A DNA stretch of 64,000 bases from Mobula hypostoma (GCF_963921235.1 NC_086108.1:53322001-53386000); one strand, 5' to 3'; positions 12,701-27,700 are shown, numbered from the stretch's first letter. A program made the numbers and translations. The notes: generated by a model not told the origin, from the sequence alone.

Positions 12701-15700
12701 TGTCCTCTGCTATCAGCAGGCTAGGCAGCATCTATGGAAAAGAGTACAGCTGATGTTTCGGGCTGAGACTCTTCATCAGGATTGGGAAAAAAAGATGAGT
12801 CAGTGTAAAAAAAGGGGGTGGGGTCCAATCAACTTCCCCAGCTCTTTACTTCTCCCTTCTCCCTCCTTCCTGGTTTCACCTATCACCTTGTGGTTCTTCC
12901 TTCCCTCCCCCACTTTCTTACTCTGACTCCTCATCTCTTTTTTGTCCAATCCTGATGAAGGGTCTCAGCCTGAAATGTCAACTGTACTCTTTTCCTTAGA
13001 TGCTGCCTAGCCTGCTGAGATCTTTCAGCATTTTGTGTGTGTTGCTTGCAGAATATAGTATTACTGTTTCAGGGAAAGTGTACTGAAGTTAGATAAATAA
13101 GGTGCAAGAGCCATGACAATGTAGATTGAGAGATCAAGAATTTATTTTGTTGAGAGATCTGGTTAGTAGTCATAACAGTGAAATGGAAACTGCCTTTGAA
13201 CCTGGTGGTGCATGTTCTTAAGCTTCTGTACCTTCTGCTTAATGGGAAGGAGAAGAGAGAGACTGACCTGGGTGGGAGGGCTCCTTGATTATGTTGCCTG
13301 TTTTCCTGAGGCAGCAAGAATTGTATAGACAGAGTTAATGGAGGGAAAGCTAGTTATTGTGATAGTTGTGAATGCATCCCAGTCTTTCTTTAGTTTCCTA
13401 TGGTCTTAGGCAGCGCAGTTTCCATACTAAAACGGGTTGCATCCAGATAGGATACTTTCTGTGGTGCATCTATAAAATCTATTGAGGATTACTGGGGCCA
13501 TTCCAAAGGCTAATGGATTAATAACAGGAAAAAGGAAGAGGCAGCAAAGTTAAATCAATGTCTTGCATGTGTCAACACCATGGAAGACAACTTCCATCCT
13601 CCCAAGATAGTACATAGGTTAATTTCAAATACAGAAGAACTGATAGAAATCCCAATCCCAAGGGATAAAGGCAGAAAAATCACCGGGACCCAATGGCCTG
13701 CTCCCAAGCATTCTAAAGAGGTGGGTTCATAGATAGTGGACCTATCAGTTGAAAATTCACTAAATTCTAGGTGATTACATTGGATAATAACCATTGTAAC
13801 TCCCTTGCAGTAGGGAGCAAAACAAAAAGCAGAGAATTATGGGCCAACACGAGGAAATCTGCAGATGCTGGAATTTCAAGCAACACGCAGCACACATAAA
13901 AGTTGCTGGTGAGTGCAGCAGACCAGGTAGCATCTCTAGGAAGGGGTACAGTCGACGTTTTGGGCCGAGACCCTTCGTCAGGACTAACTGAAAGAAGAGC
14001 TAGTAAGAGATTATGGGCCAGTTAATTTTACAAGATGGCTAACTCAATAATCAAAGAGGAAATAACCTTTTAAGAAAGCTGAAGATAATTAAATCTGGTC
14101 AGCATGATTTTATGGAAGTTTTTTTAATGTTCTTTTGAGATCTTTATTGTCTAAAAATAATGCCATTATCCAGCAAGAACAACAGCCAATTATGTGCAAA
14201 AGATTCTTGGACAAACCAAGACGTAAATACTGTTGTTGCAAAGATAAAAGACTGGGACATATGTGATATTAAGGTAAAAGGCTACAATATAAACAATGAA
14301 AATCTGCAGATGCTGGAAATCTGAGCAACACATACAAAATGCTAGAGGCAGGCCATGTAGTATCTATAGAAAAAAATGACAGTCGACGTTGCAGTCCTGC
14401 AGAAGGATTTCGGCCCGAAACTTTGATTGTACTTTGATTGTACTTCCATAAATACTGCCTGGCCTGTTGAGGTCCACCAGCATTTTGTGTGTGAGGCTCA
14501 AATATAAACTTAACACATTGAGTTAATTTTAATTTTGATTTGGTTATCTGAATGAATGACTGTTGTTTACTTTTGAAGGGCCATGAAGATTGTACATCTG
14601 CTCTCACCCCATCCTCCTGCCACCTTACCAGGGAAAGAGTTCCTCACGTCCTCAGCTTCCACCCCACCAGCCTCTGCGTCCAGCACATAATTCCCCACAA
14701 CTTGCACCATCTTCAACGGAACCCCACCACCAAGCACATCTTTCCCTCACTTGGCACTTTTTGTTTCTGCAGGGATCGCTCCTTATGCAACTTCCTTGTC
14801 CATTCGTCCCTCCCCACTGACCTCCCTTCCTGACACTTATCCTTGCAAGCGGAACAAGTGCTACACTTGCCTCTACATCTCCTCCGTCACTACCATTCAG
14901 GGCTCCAAACAGTCCTTCCAGGCGAGGCAACACTTCACCTGTGAGTCTGTTGGGGTCGTATACTGTGTTCAGGTGCTTCCAGTGTGGCCTTCTGTATATT
15001 GGTGAGACTCGAGGTAAATTGGGAGACTACTTCACCAAGCACCTACGCTCCGTCCAGCAGGAAAAAAGGGATCTCCCAGTGGCTACCCATTTTAATTCAT
15101 ACTTCTCATTCCCATTCCGATATGTCTATCCATGCCCTCCTCTACTGTCGCGATGAGGCCACATTCAGGTTGGAGGAACAACACCTTTATATTTCATCTG
15201 GGTAGCCTCTAACTTGATGGCATGAACATCGATTTCTTGAACTTGCGGTAATGCCTCTCCTTTTCACCATTCCTCATCTCCTCCCTTTCTTACCTTATCT
15301 CCTTGCCTGCCCATCGCCTCCCTCTGATATCCTTCCACCCTTTTTTTTCTCTGATGGCTTTCTGTCCTCTCCTATTAGCTCAGTTTGAAAATGAAAATAG
15401 GGTGCAGAGATTTTAAATGTAATAGCAGCTATTCTTTAGTTCTTTACTTCACCCTTCCCTGTCCCAGTTTCTCCTATCATCTTGTGCTTCTCCCTCCCAT
15501 CTCCCCAGCTTTTAACTCTACTCCTTGTCTTTTTTTCTCTAGCCCAACACATCAACTATACTCTTTTCCATAGATGCTGCCTGGCCTTGCTGAGATCCCC
15601 CAGCATTTTGTGTGTGGCTTGGATTTCCAGCATCTGTGGATTTCCCTGTGTTTATTAAATAGCTTGATACACATTTAGTAAGGTGTAGCATTTTCCATTT

Positions 15701-18700
15701 TGCTTTAACAGAGAGGGTGACTCTTAAATATCTCACTTCTTATCAGTTGTAACACACAGACAAAATGCTTTAGGAGCTCAGCAGGTCAGGTAGAATCTGT
15801 GAAGGGAAATAAATAGTCAATATTTATTTCCCTCCTGATAAAGGGACTTGGCCCGAAGCATCGACTATTTATATCCCTTCATAGGTGCTGCCTGACCACT
15901 GAGTTACTCCAGTGTTTTGTGTGTTCCTCAAGATTTCTAGCATCTACAGAATTTAATGTGACTTTTTATCAGTTCACTGATTACATCAGCAATCTCTGCA
16001 AAGGGTTCCTATGTTTAAAACTGCATGCTATCATGTCATCTTTTGAGGACAAAAATCAGAATATCCAAATGTAAATAAAAATTTAATCTGTTTTATACAG
16101 TTAAATCTTATTTATTGACTGATGGGCATGTGATGGAATACAAAAGTGTGATCAGAATTAAGGGATGAGAAAGTAATTTTGTAAGTTTTTGGGAATATTG
16201 AATTGACTTTGTTACTTATATCCTTCATATACATGAGGAGTAAAAATCTTTACGTTATGTCTCTGTTCAAATGTGCAATTATAGTAATAAAAATATTATG
16301 TACAACAGGATAGTCAATATAACATAGAAATACAATTGCATCAGTATGAATTAAGCAGTTTGATGGCCTGGTGGAAGCAGCTGTCCTGGAGCCTGTTGGT
16401 CCTGCTGTTATGCTGCAGTACCGTTTCCTGGATGGTAGCAGCTGGAACAGGTCGTGGTTGGGATGTCTTGGGTCTCCAATGATCCCTTGGAACCTTTTTA
16501 CACACCTGTCTTTGTAAATGTCCTGAATAGTGGAAAGTTCACATCTACAGATGCACTGGGCTGACCACACCACTCTCAGCAGAGCCCTGCGATTGAGGGA
16601 AGTACAGTTCCCATACTAGGCAGAGATGCAGCCTGTCAGGATGCTCTCAATCGTGCCCCTATAGAAAGTTCTGAGAATCTGCGGGGCCATACCAAACTTC
16701 TTCAACTATCTGAGGTGAAAGAGGCGCTGTTGTGCCTTTATCACCACATAGCTGGTATGTACAGACCACCTGAGATCCTCAGTGATGTTTATGCTGAGGA
16801 ACTTAAAACTGTTCACTTTCTCAGCCCCAGATCCATTGATGTCTATAGGGGTTAGCCTGTCTCCATTCCTCCTGTAGTCCACAACCAGCTCCTTTGTTTT
16901 TGTGACGTTGAGGGAGAGGTTGTTTTCTTGACACCACTGTGTCAGGGTGATGACTTCCTCTCTGTAGGCTGCCTCATTATTACTTGAGATTAGGTCAAAC
17001 AGTGTAGTGTTGTCAGCACATTTAATTAGCAGATTGAAGCTGTGGGTGTCGACAAAGTCATGGGTACATAGAGAGTAAAGGAGAGGGCTTAGTACACAGC
17101 CCTGAGGAGCACCTGTGCTGAGGGACAGAGGTGAGGGAGCCCACTCTTACCCCCTGCTGGCGATCGGACAGGAAGTCCAGGATCCAGCTACACAAGGCAG
17201 GGTGAAGGCTGAGGTCTCTGAGCTTCTTGTCAAGCCTGGAGGGAATCATGGTGTTGAATGCTGAACTGTAGTCCAAGAGCAGCATTCTCACATATGCATC
17301 CCTCTTCTCCAGATGTGTAAGAATGGTGTGTAGAGCTGTGGCTATTGTGTTGTCTGTTGATGAGTTGAGTCAGTAAGCGAATTGTAGGGGGTCCAGTGTG
17401 GGTGGCAGCAAGCTGCAGATGTAGTTCTTGACCAGCCTCTCAAAGCATTTACTTATTATCGAGGTAAGTGACTTCTGCGGGTCAATTGGTGAAGTATTTA
17501 TTTAAACTGTTCTGCATCTGTTTGAAGTTCAGTTTGAATTTTTATATCTAATTTGAGCATCTGCCAATTATAGCAGTGTCCGATTTTGTAGGTTTAATAA
17601 TTTTGATTTTTGCCTTATGTTACACTATGTGAACAAAAAATATAGAGAAGAAATATTGACTGCTGTTTGCTTCAAAACTAGAAGCAACCTCTTTCAATTT
17701 CCGTTCCTAAGGGGTAAAGATAACATGATATTGACTTTGTAAAGTCAATATTTGTGTAGTGTTAATGTTGATTTTTTTTGTTTTCTTTCCTCCTTTCATT
17801 GGTTATATCTTCCTTTCAACATCCAATACAATAACAGTTGTAAATGCTTGGAGAGAAAATTGGAAAATGCTACTGTTCTGGTTGTGAATGAGAGCCTGGA
17901 GACCTTCTGTAAAAATTGTGCATTGATGATTTTTGTGCTGCAGTGTGGAGAAACAACAGAGCCACATCCCACTTGACACCTTTTCCCCCATACCTATCAA
18001 CCCCAAAACACAAAGGCAGCATAAATATATGATGAAATAGAAAAGACGTCATGCCTTTCTATATTAGATGTCTGAATGCAGGGTCTCAATGGGACTGTAT
18101 GTCACATACTCCTTCCAAGTAATTATACCCCTTAGGTTCTTTTGAAGATAATTCCACCCCATTAATAGCTTCCACCAAAAAAAAGACATCTGATGCAAGA
18201 AAGGCCCTGGTGTTATTTTATTTTGAAATCATGTTTTGTTTAACAAAATGGTAGAATGTTGTAAATTTATTGCAGAATACATTGGAGTTTGTTAAAAGGA
18301 TTGCATGTTAATTGCTTATGAATTACCTGGTCAGTTAAGCATTTTTGGGAAGAACAGAAATAGTTATGCACCACAGAAGCAGGAATATTCCTTACTTGAG
18401 TTTATGCAATCCTATTCCCATTTACCCTTGTTAAGCAAAGATTAGTTAAAATGACACAGCATTTGTAGATGCTTTTAGCTGGGGGTGACAAACTCCTTTA
18501 AAAATGAACATCTTAGCACAATAGCAAAGTGAAATATATTTTTTTTAAAAATAGCTGCAACTACATTTAAAATCTGTGCATCCTTTTCTCATTTTCAAAC
18601 TGAGCTGAATATTACGCCTGGGGCATAGGGATGTTATAATGTATTACAGCCCAGCCTCTGTCTGCTCTTTGTGATCAGTAGGTCTGTCTTGTTTTTAATC

Positions 18701-21700
18701 TTTTGTCCCTGATACAGAAATTTTTAAAATACAAAAGACATTCATAATATATCGATCTTACAAGATATTATCTGTTCAGCAGAGTTAAAACAGATTACAT
18801 TTTACTTGTAAATTATGATGAAAGTTGTGTGGTGACTTCATCAATCACACCTCATTGCTGTTAACTGTGTGGAGAATTTCACATGGCTGATGCACTGTTG
18901 CAGGAATTCTTACACAGGTGATCACAAAGAAAGATTTTGGCTTGGATATCCTGATACTAATCAGATTTTTCTATTACTTGGTTTTATTGTTGTCCCAAGT
19001 GGTTTGTTTATCTTCAAATTAATTTGGGTTTTAAGTAGTTCAAGGCTTAATGCATTTCCTGGCCATTTAGACTAGGGACTATGGATTCAATTCCAGTTGA
19101 TGCTGAATGAACGATTCTCATCAGTAATAACCCTATATGTAATCCAGAGTTTCTGGGCTAGAGAAGTAAAATAAAACCCAGTGTCCAAAAGTTCATTGGT
19201 TTTCCAGTGACCCCTGCTGGAAGAAGTATCTGCACATACTGTGAAGTCTTTCACCTTTGAACAAGCTGGAAGTATTCTCTATTTTGGTGTTAAATGAGGT
19301 ATCTCAGGGTCCATGGTATCTGGTATATCTCTGTATTAAAAAATAAGAGTCAAGCCCACAGATAAACAGATATTTTAAATCACTCCACTGGATTTTATGA
19401 TATCATAATCTTTTGATTTGAATGTTTAGTTTAAAAGAAAGGTAAGAGTCCACGTAAATTTTCGCTATGCACATGTGAAATGAAAGAAAACAGATTAAGA
19501 ACGTATTTGTTTTGCCACGATATTAATGAACTAAATTGCAAATGTTGACTTTAATTATCTGGCAAATTCTTCTCCAGGTTGGTATGCAAATTTTAAAGAG
19601 ACCAAGTTTAAAAAGTAATTGTTTGAAGCTTTAAGATGAAATGTCATTCATCAAGGAAGTATTACCTTCCTAGAACGTCTATTAAACCTGTGAAAGATTC
19701 TATGTGTTTCCAGAAGTCAAGAGTTAAAGGATGTGATTAACAAGTCAAGCAATAAGATTGAAATCAACAATGAAATGGTAGAATTGCTTTACCAATATTG
19801 TAACTTTTTATATCTTGCACTATATGGCTGCCACAAAACAACAAATTTCTTGATGTATGTCAGTGATAATAAATCTAATTCTGATTCTGAACTCTCTTTT
19901 GAATGTTGCAGTTGAATCTGCTTCCACTACTACCCTGATAGTGCATTGTTGATGTTACCTGTAAAATGACCCATGAGACCTACAAGGTCAGAGCAGCTTT
20001 TTCAGGACATTGCATTAAAATCATTATCTTTCAGTGGAAAGAACCCGGAGCTGGATTTCATTTGACTTGACCAAGCTTCCTGTTTATTCATGTTGGCCGG
20101 TTCGAATTATTATAGGCTGACCTCATAAACACTCTGCACATTAGTTTAGCAATAAATGAAGCTTTAGGCAAGAGGGTTTAAGGAGTGTAGTCTTTTGATC
20201 CTATCCCTGGAATACCATGATAACTTGATGTAGATTCATCTCTGATCAAAGCCAGAACTGTAATTTAAAATTTTACCAAAGGAAAATTTTAAAATAAAAT
20301 TAATTAAAATACAAAGAAGTAATTAAAATATTAAAATAAACTAAAGAAAAAATTCTCCTAATTTCATGACTGGGCACCTGCATTTGAATATGGACTCTAG
20401 CCTTACACAGGCATATGATTGGACAGGAGTGTTCCCTAGCAAGACCTATTCAGTTGCTGGAAAGTGAGTGGGATAAGTCTCAAACTTAATTATTCAGTTG
20501 TATTAGTGTGGGATTCTGAAACTTAGAGGTTTAAACATCTACAGGTCATGACTCCAGTCAGAAGAATGCGTGTCTGAAAATCTAAGTGGCTAGAGCGCCA
20601 CCTGGTGCATTATGAGAAACAGAATGTCAGTGGAATGCTTTGTGAAATTTTAAGTGAAAGTAAATAAATACAACAATTTTTTCAACTCACATTTCTTGAT
20701 GCATGAATAGAAGTCATAGCTTAACGAAATGGAAAACTGCGATACAAACCCCTCCTCCCAACCCTTGCAATCTGGGGTTGGGGGGGGGGGGGTCACCTGC
20801 AGATTACGGTGCTGTCCACTTATCCATTTGAAGAATTATTGATCTTCCAGGACTGGGGATTGGAAGATACTGACACACTTTCCTCAATCTGGAATGGACA
20901 ACAAAATGAAAAATATCACTGCGTACTATGAAGCACAACAAATTATTTTAAATGAGTTCAGCCAAACAAAACAGATTGCTTTTTTAAACATTTTGCATAT
21001 TGTTATCTCGTAGGAAAAAAATCACAGAACAAACCTAGTATAAGCTTCTAAGCCAAGTTCTGCCAGTTTACTTAGAACTTCCACTGTCCTTCGTTCATTT
21101 TTGTTTTATAAGGGGGCCACACATGCATTGATAAGGTGTTACTTGCATGGATGCTACTGAGTGATGGATTAATTATGGCTGTTGAAAATGCCTTAGCAGG
21201 AAATAAACCAGGTAATCATAGGTATGAACACCTTAGGCTTGTTCAGTACTGTCTCACATGAAAAGAAGTAGGCAAGGCTTTCAAAATTCATGCCTTAACA
21301 GAGCTGTTATATTTTGTGTGGCAAAGAAAATAATCTGAAAAAAACTTTTGAAAGAGGCAGTGGAATGCTATTAAGTAGTTGGGGGCAACCATTTTAGCAA
21401 CATTATATAAAGAGAGCAAACAGAAGTGTGATGGCAGGTTAGAGAATACAGCATATTGAAATGATTACTGTCCAGCATTTAGGTGAGCTTTCATTCTGAG
21501 TAAGTTATTATTTTGGGCTCCAGTTTAGCACTGCTCGTTCTGTGACCAAGGGACTATGAAATTATTTTCTTCACTCGATGCAACCTATTCCCAAAGTGAA
21601 TTTATTATTAATGCTTTTGAAGATGTTTCTCTTTATTGAGTCTTTTAAGTTGCCTGGAATAATCCATGTTATTCGTGTTTTTTTTTCTTAATGTGTAATT

Positions 21701-24700
21701 AGACGTAGATTAATAAGATTCCGTGAAGGTTAGATGGTTTTTTATTAGTGTACTCTAGGAAGTTGGAAGTGTCTCTACCAGTAAAAAGCTTGCTGCATGG
21801 TTATATGTTTATTTGAGCACATATTTATTTGTCATGGAATATTAGAAAATAAAAAATGCCTTTTTCCAAAATGTCCCTTCTATTAATTTTAAAACCACAA
21901 TTCTATGTCCCAAGTATTTTGCATTCATGTCTTGTGTATTCCTCATTCTCACTCAGGTTACCTTGAGAAGGTGTTGAGTATTGCTAGATAACACTTGAGT
22001 AATTAATTTAAAATTGTGTACAATAACTTTTAAAAGATAAAGAAGATATTGATTTCCTAAGAGTATATAAAATTATTTTAATGGCTAATTTTAAGGATTT
22101 TGTGTGCAAATTACATGTGAGTTTACAGTCTTTAAATCTCTGTTTTGAAATTGACCCAGAAATTTTTAATATAGCATCTCTCAATTTTATCCTCAGTATG
22201 ATCAAAGTTTTTGGCTATCCCAAAAGCAACCATGCAAGGCATTGGAAGTGAGTCAATTGCACTGTGAAGGGTCTTTGTGATCCCATTTAAAAAAAACATT
22301 GTGACTCTAGAGTTAGAAACTACTACCTTAACATAAAATTGTAGGCCACTCTACATCCAGAATCTTACATGATTTTTTAAAGTTAATCAAATTTCGAAGC
22401 TCGCAAATAACTAAAGTGTGCAAAATTTCACTTTTAATATATTTAATTATTTTTTCAAATTGAAATGCTATTTTGATGTCTGCCTGCATTAATGAACATT
22501 AATAAAAATCATGTCATGCACTTCTTATACAAGGCAACTTTTGATGTTTCATATTTATACCTTTTTATTATAGAATTGGCAACATGCTTGGTCAAAGGGA
22601 TGCTTTTTCCTTGAAGATAATGATGGAATTGTTAGTCATCGTTATAGACTGGAATTACATCAAACTACTAATGTTTTTCTTACCATCGGACCATTAAACC
22701 TTGGCCAAACTGAAGGTATAATTTGTCAAGAATTCTGCAACAACTAAACTACAGTGGGTTGATATTTTAAATACTGCAAACAGTTTAAACAAAAAAAATA
22801 TATTTCCCCGAGATTAGTTGGTCTGCTGGAAAAGGAAGACAATTTGCTTCGTGTAAGTAAGATGAGGAAAGGTATTTTAAATTAATATGAGATTTGCAAA
22901 CAAAGATATAATGTGTGATTGTTTCTTGGCTCAACGTGTCTAAGAGGCCACAATGATTACAGTGTCCCTGCAGGTATACATTCATCAGTAATCATTTCAG
23001 TAATAAAAATTCACTCTTTTATCACAAGTCACCACCAAAAGATTTGAAGGAGTAATGTTAGTTCATTATTACAGAGTTTTTATGGGGAAAAAATAAAAAG
23101 CATAATATATACTTAATAATTAAATTAGTTTATCAAGGACGAATTTCTCAAGTCGCTAGTTCACAGCAGGGGGGCCTCTTCAGGGATTTGCTTTGGAAAC
23201 TGACAAGTCAATCTGTTCTATTGGTACTTTATCCAGCAATAAAAATCCATTCTCTAGTTATTTAAAACAATGATCTCCCCCCACAATAAAATCAGAAATC
23301 TTTTGTCAATACACTGTACATCTACAGTGGCATTAATGTCGTGAGAAAAACTTCCCTTGAGAATGCATCTCTGTTTATAACATGGGATTCAATGGGGAAA
23401 AAAGGATTTTGCATTCCAGAAATCGCAATAGAGGTAGTTTTTTATGCCCCTTCTTAACATGGAGGTATATTGAATCTTGATGAGGTATCTGTAATTTTCC
23501 CAAGAAATGCACCTGAAGCAAAATAATCACCCTTGAATTTGAAATACCTAGGAATATATCCTTAAAAGTATCACGTTCAGTGAAATGTGGGTATTTTTTA
23601 AACAAGAAAAATGCAAATCAGACTTCCTGGTAAAGGGACTCATTGATGCTGCCTGACCTGCTGAGTTCTTCCAGCATTTTGTATTAATCAGATTAACAGT
23701 CCCTTTACCAGTGAACTGCCCAACATACTGCTTATCTATGAACACTTTGTGTATCATTTTCCATTGAGAACCTGCTGCAAGGTCTCAACTCTAAGCCCAG
23801 TGACAATGTTCAACTCTGTGGTCTATCCTATATTGGGTGAGACAGAAGTAGCCCTGATATAAAGTTTTTTATTACTAGTTATAGTATTTCTTCCTGTATT
23901 TTATTGTGGGCATAATAGTTATGGAAACTTACTCAAATAACAAAAACAAATGCAGAATTGCTGAAACGTATCTGACATTTTCTTGAAGTCTCACCTCCAA
24001 GAAAGAATAATGTTTCTGACAGTAGATTAACATTCTACAGTAAATGTCTGATGAGTTTTTAAACTTACTTAAAGCAATTTAAATGAACTCAATTTATGAA
24101 ATCTAAAAATATGAGCACTTTAATCCCTTGAAACTGTTCCCCTCCATTGAAATCAAAGAGGAAAATATTTGAAACAACTTCAAATAGACTCCCCTTCTTC
24201 GCAAATGAAAATCATGCCATTGGAGCTGTGGGAAATTGCTAATGTCAGCTGCCAGTCATTTCGGGACTTGACACGTACATGGAAAGTCCAAATTAGCTGG
24301 CACTTGTACAGGAAAATTATGTCAATTCTACATGTAGCTACTGGCATTGTACTGCAAAATCCTGCCCATTAGAAGTAAAATATTAGGGAGTTGTACAGCA
24401 CAAAAACTGGCCCTATGGTCCAACTTATCTTTGTTGACTAATTTGTCTACCTAAGCTAGTTCCACTTACTTATTTAGGCCGTTTCCCTAATCAGCCAATG
24501 CAATTTATTCAAATCCAGTAAAAAGGAAACAGAAGATAAACACTTGGAGAACACAGTTAGAGAGATACTCAGATTACTATAATGAGAGAATAGAAGTTGT
24601 CTAAACAACAGTAAAATGTCTTTCAGAAGTGGAACAATAAGGATGCATTTAAGGATATGAAACAAAAACGATCAACTTGAAAATGTGAGCAAGCACGAGT

Positions 24701-27700
24701 TTAAATATTCTGTTTGGCTAGTTTCTACAACTATTCACAAGAGGAAGTATGTCTTGTATGCTGTCTTCATGATAACACCTCAAGCAAAAACAAACCAAAA
24801 TACTCAACATTAGACAGTATTTCTCTCTGTGCTTAATTGTGGGTATAATATTTATGGAAATTGCTTCAAATGAGTAAAACATAATTCAGAGCAATGGGGG
24901 TAAGATCTCTAGAATTGCATGAATGCTGAATGCAACAATGAGAATGAACTTGGGTTTGTATGGATCGATAGATGAATACCTGTGGACTGATAGTTTTCAT
25001 AATTTATAATTATCTTGTAATTATGTATCAGCCAAGAATACTTGACTGATCTTTGTGTTTCTGTTAGTCTCCCTATTTGCAACAAAATACAAATTCTGAG
25101 AGTTTGTCGATGATATATGTTATCATTTCTTTTATTCCCTGTTTGTTTCTTCCTTCTAAAGAACATAATGCAAGAATGAGATGTCATTTCCTGTGCTGTT
25201 TACTTCATATGTTATATCTGTGTTCAGAATTCAGAAAAGCTACTGTATTCCACAGTAATCACCATTTTCTTTTAACTCATAACTCTGACTTTAATGACGG
25301 AAAATACCAGCTTAATTGATGTTCCTAACTTCTATCCAGTCTTCTAATGCCAGACGTACTTCAGTGAACACAAAGGTATAATGTACCGAGTCTGGTAAAA
25401 ATATAAATGTGTTCATGTTATGATTTCCCTATATATTGTACACAGAACGAATCATGCCTTTTCACACAATGATTAGACTGGGTTTTGATGCCACAAATAG
25501 TCAAACGATTGTCAACACTCATGTCCAGGTATCAAACTTGAAGAATGGCTGTTTAAGTGAGGTTGGACATGGATGCCAAGCTCTAGCCAAAAGGAAATCA
25601 AATTACTAACTTGCAACTATTTTTTTCAAAAGGTTTCTAACTCTAGGTTCATTGCCTGCACAATGTTACACTGACTAATATGTATTTTATCTTATTTTTT
25701 GCATTTTACTGTTCTAGTTGGAAAATGGATGAAATGAATGTGTATGTATTATTTAATAGCATAAAAAAGTGCAGAGCAATACATTTTGTTACCTTAAAAA
25801 ATGTAGAGTTTTTAATACATATTTTACTAATCCTAAGGAAGTTCCCTCCTGTTTGACAGATGCAACATCACAAATCTTGGTAATGGCAGCACATCAATCA
25901 GCCAGTTCAATCATTCACAATATGAGAAATGTGTGTTCTGTAGTTTCATCAGGTTTTTATGAATTTAGCCTGGTATGGTTGCAGAATTTCAGACAGGACT
26001 ATTTATGATCTGAAATGGAAGCAAACTAATTTTGCCTCATAATTCCCTTGTAAAGTATGTTTAAATGATTCCCCAACCATTTTGAACACCTTATTGATTT
26101 TTAAATGTTTTATTCAATGTGCTGTAATCTTGTATTATTTGAATTCTGAACAACTTCTCCCCGATACAATATATCTTTATCCGTTTAACAATTGTAAAAT
26201 GACATACTTCCAACACAAACTTCAGCAGAATAATAAAGACTTTTTAATACACTCTACATTTTTTTGTTGCCTATGGATTAGTCTTTAAGTCTCAGTAACT
26301 TTACATTTGTTTCTACTGCTCAGAAAAATTATCGCCCTGGATGAATGTGGATACAGGATTATATGTTTTGAGGAATGTTGGTGATCCTGAAGCTCTGGAA
26401 GTTGTGTGTGTGACAGAATTACGCGAAAAGGAGGTCAGAATTATTAACAAAAATAAAGTCTTTGAATATGGATTTGTTGATTATTGAATTGACACATGGA
26501 GAGATGAAGTATTGATGATTAGTGTGCATATGGTCTAAATTTGTTATTCATCTATATGGTATCATCACTCAACGCACAATAGCTAATTCATAAATTGATC
26601 TCTTTCTGGGCAATCTCTGCCTCTGCTTTACACACCCATTCAACTTGCAAGAGTGAACCTGAGTTTCCAGTCTTCTGTCACTTTAATTTTCTGTCATCGG
26701 GTCATTGATCTGTACAACTCAGAAATGAGCTGTTCAGCCCACTATGTCTGGGCCATCCTTTTCGCACATCTATCTAATCTCATTTCCCCACATTAGAACC
26801 ATTTTCTTCTGTGCCCTGCAATTTAAGTGTCTGTCTGAATAACTCTTAAGTGTAGTAATTGTATCTTGTTCCACCACTACTTCTGAAAGCATGTTCCATA
26901 TAGCAACCAGTATCCTATTCTCACCTCTGTTCTTTTTCACTTATAATGATTCAATGGAGCCCGGTGTAAGCTCTCAAATGGTATTTCATCTTTCATCAGG
27001 GCATGCTACAGCTGTCAGGACTTAATATTAAAGTTAACATTTTCAGATGATTTTTTTTCTTAGTGCTAATATGATTAGGTGTGTGGTACGTAGCTAAGTG
27101 GTTAGGGCATTGGACTCACGAACTGAAGGTCATGGGTTTGAGTCTTGGCCAAGGCAGCGTGTTGTGGCTTTGAGCAAGGCACCTAACCACACACTGCCCC
27201 TGTCCACCCAGCTGAGAATGGGTACCGGCAAATGCTGGGGTTAACCTCGCAATAGACTGGCGTCCTATCTGGGGGGAGTCTCGTACTCTCAGTCGCTTCA
27301 CGCCACAGAAACTGGCATAAGCACCGGCCTGATGAGCCACAAGGCTCAGGACAGACTTTAACTTTAAATATGATTAGGCCACATTGTTTGAACTTGTTTT
27401 ATTTTACCTTCTGTCCCTACTACCCAGTTTTTAAAACAGCATCCTGGAACTCTGGTGCTGGCCTGGTAGATCATGACCACAGGGGTTTCCTCCAGATGCT
27501 CTGGTTTCTTCCTACATACCAAATATTTGCAGGTTAGTTAGCTAATAGGCTACTGAAAGTGGTATCTAGTATGTAGATGAGTGCAAACTAGAGGAATTCT
27601 GCAGATGCTGGGAATTCAAGCAACACACGTCAATGTTGCTGGTGAAGGGTTGCCTTCGAAGGGTCTCGGCCTGAAACGTCAACTGTACCTCTTCCTAGAG

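Larger units (their letters stand above)
12100..14130 (+). mobile_element. old CR1 ORF2 remnant split by later insertions (pieces ~12100-12190, ~13490-13846, 14010-14130)
   Basis: ttctatgaatatataaacaggaagaaggtggctaaa ([12 protein letters not shown]); aaatcaccgggacccaatggc (KSPGPNG); gagaattatgggccagtta (ENYGPV); ggtcagcatgattttatg (GQHDFM). Confidence 0.6.

Noticed and set aside
23161..23180. Second CTCF-like motif (acagcaggggggcc)
   Set aside because: An extra G displaces the conserved GGC, so the match is weak.
27080..27155. tRNA genes here and at 47725-47798
   Set aside because: The A/B boxes belong to SINE heads that continue into SINE bodies and tails, and no intact cloverleaf is evident.
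27300..27350. GAAAC...CTGATGA plus a GCC-ACAA-GGC hairpin in the SINE tail, resembling a permuted hammerhead
   Set aside because: The hairpin after CTGATGA is not followed by GAAA, and the sequence before GAAAC (gccaca) is a direct repeat of, not complementary to, the sequence after CTGATGA. No valid topology results.
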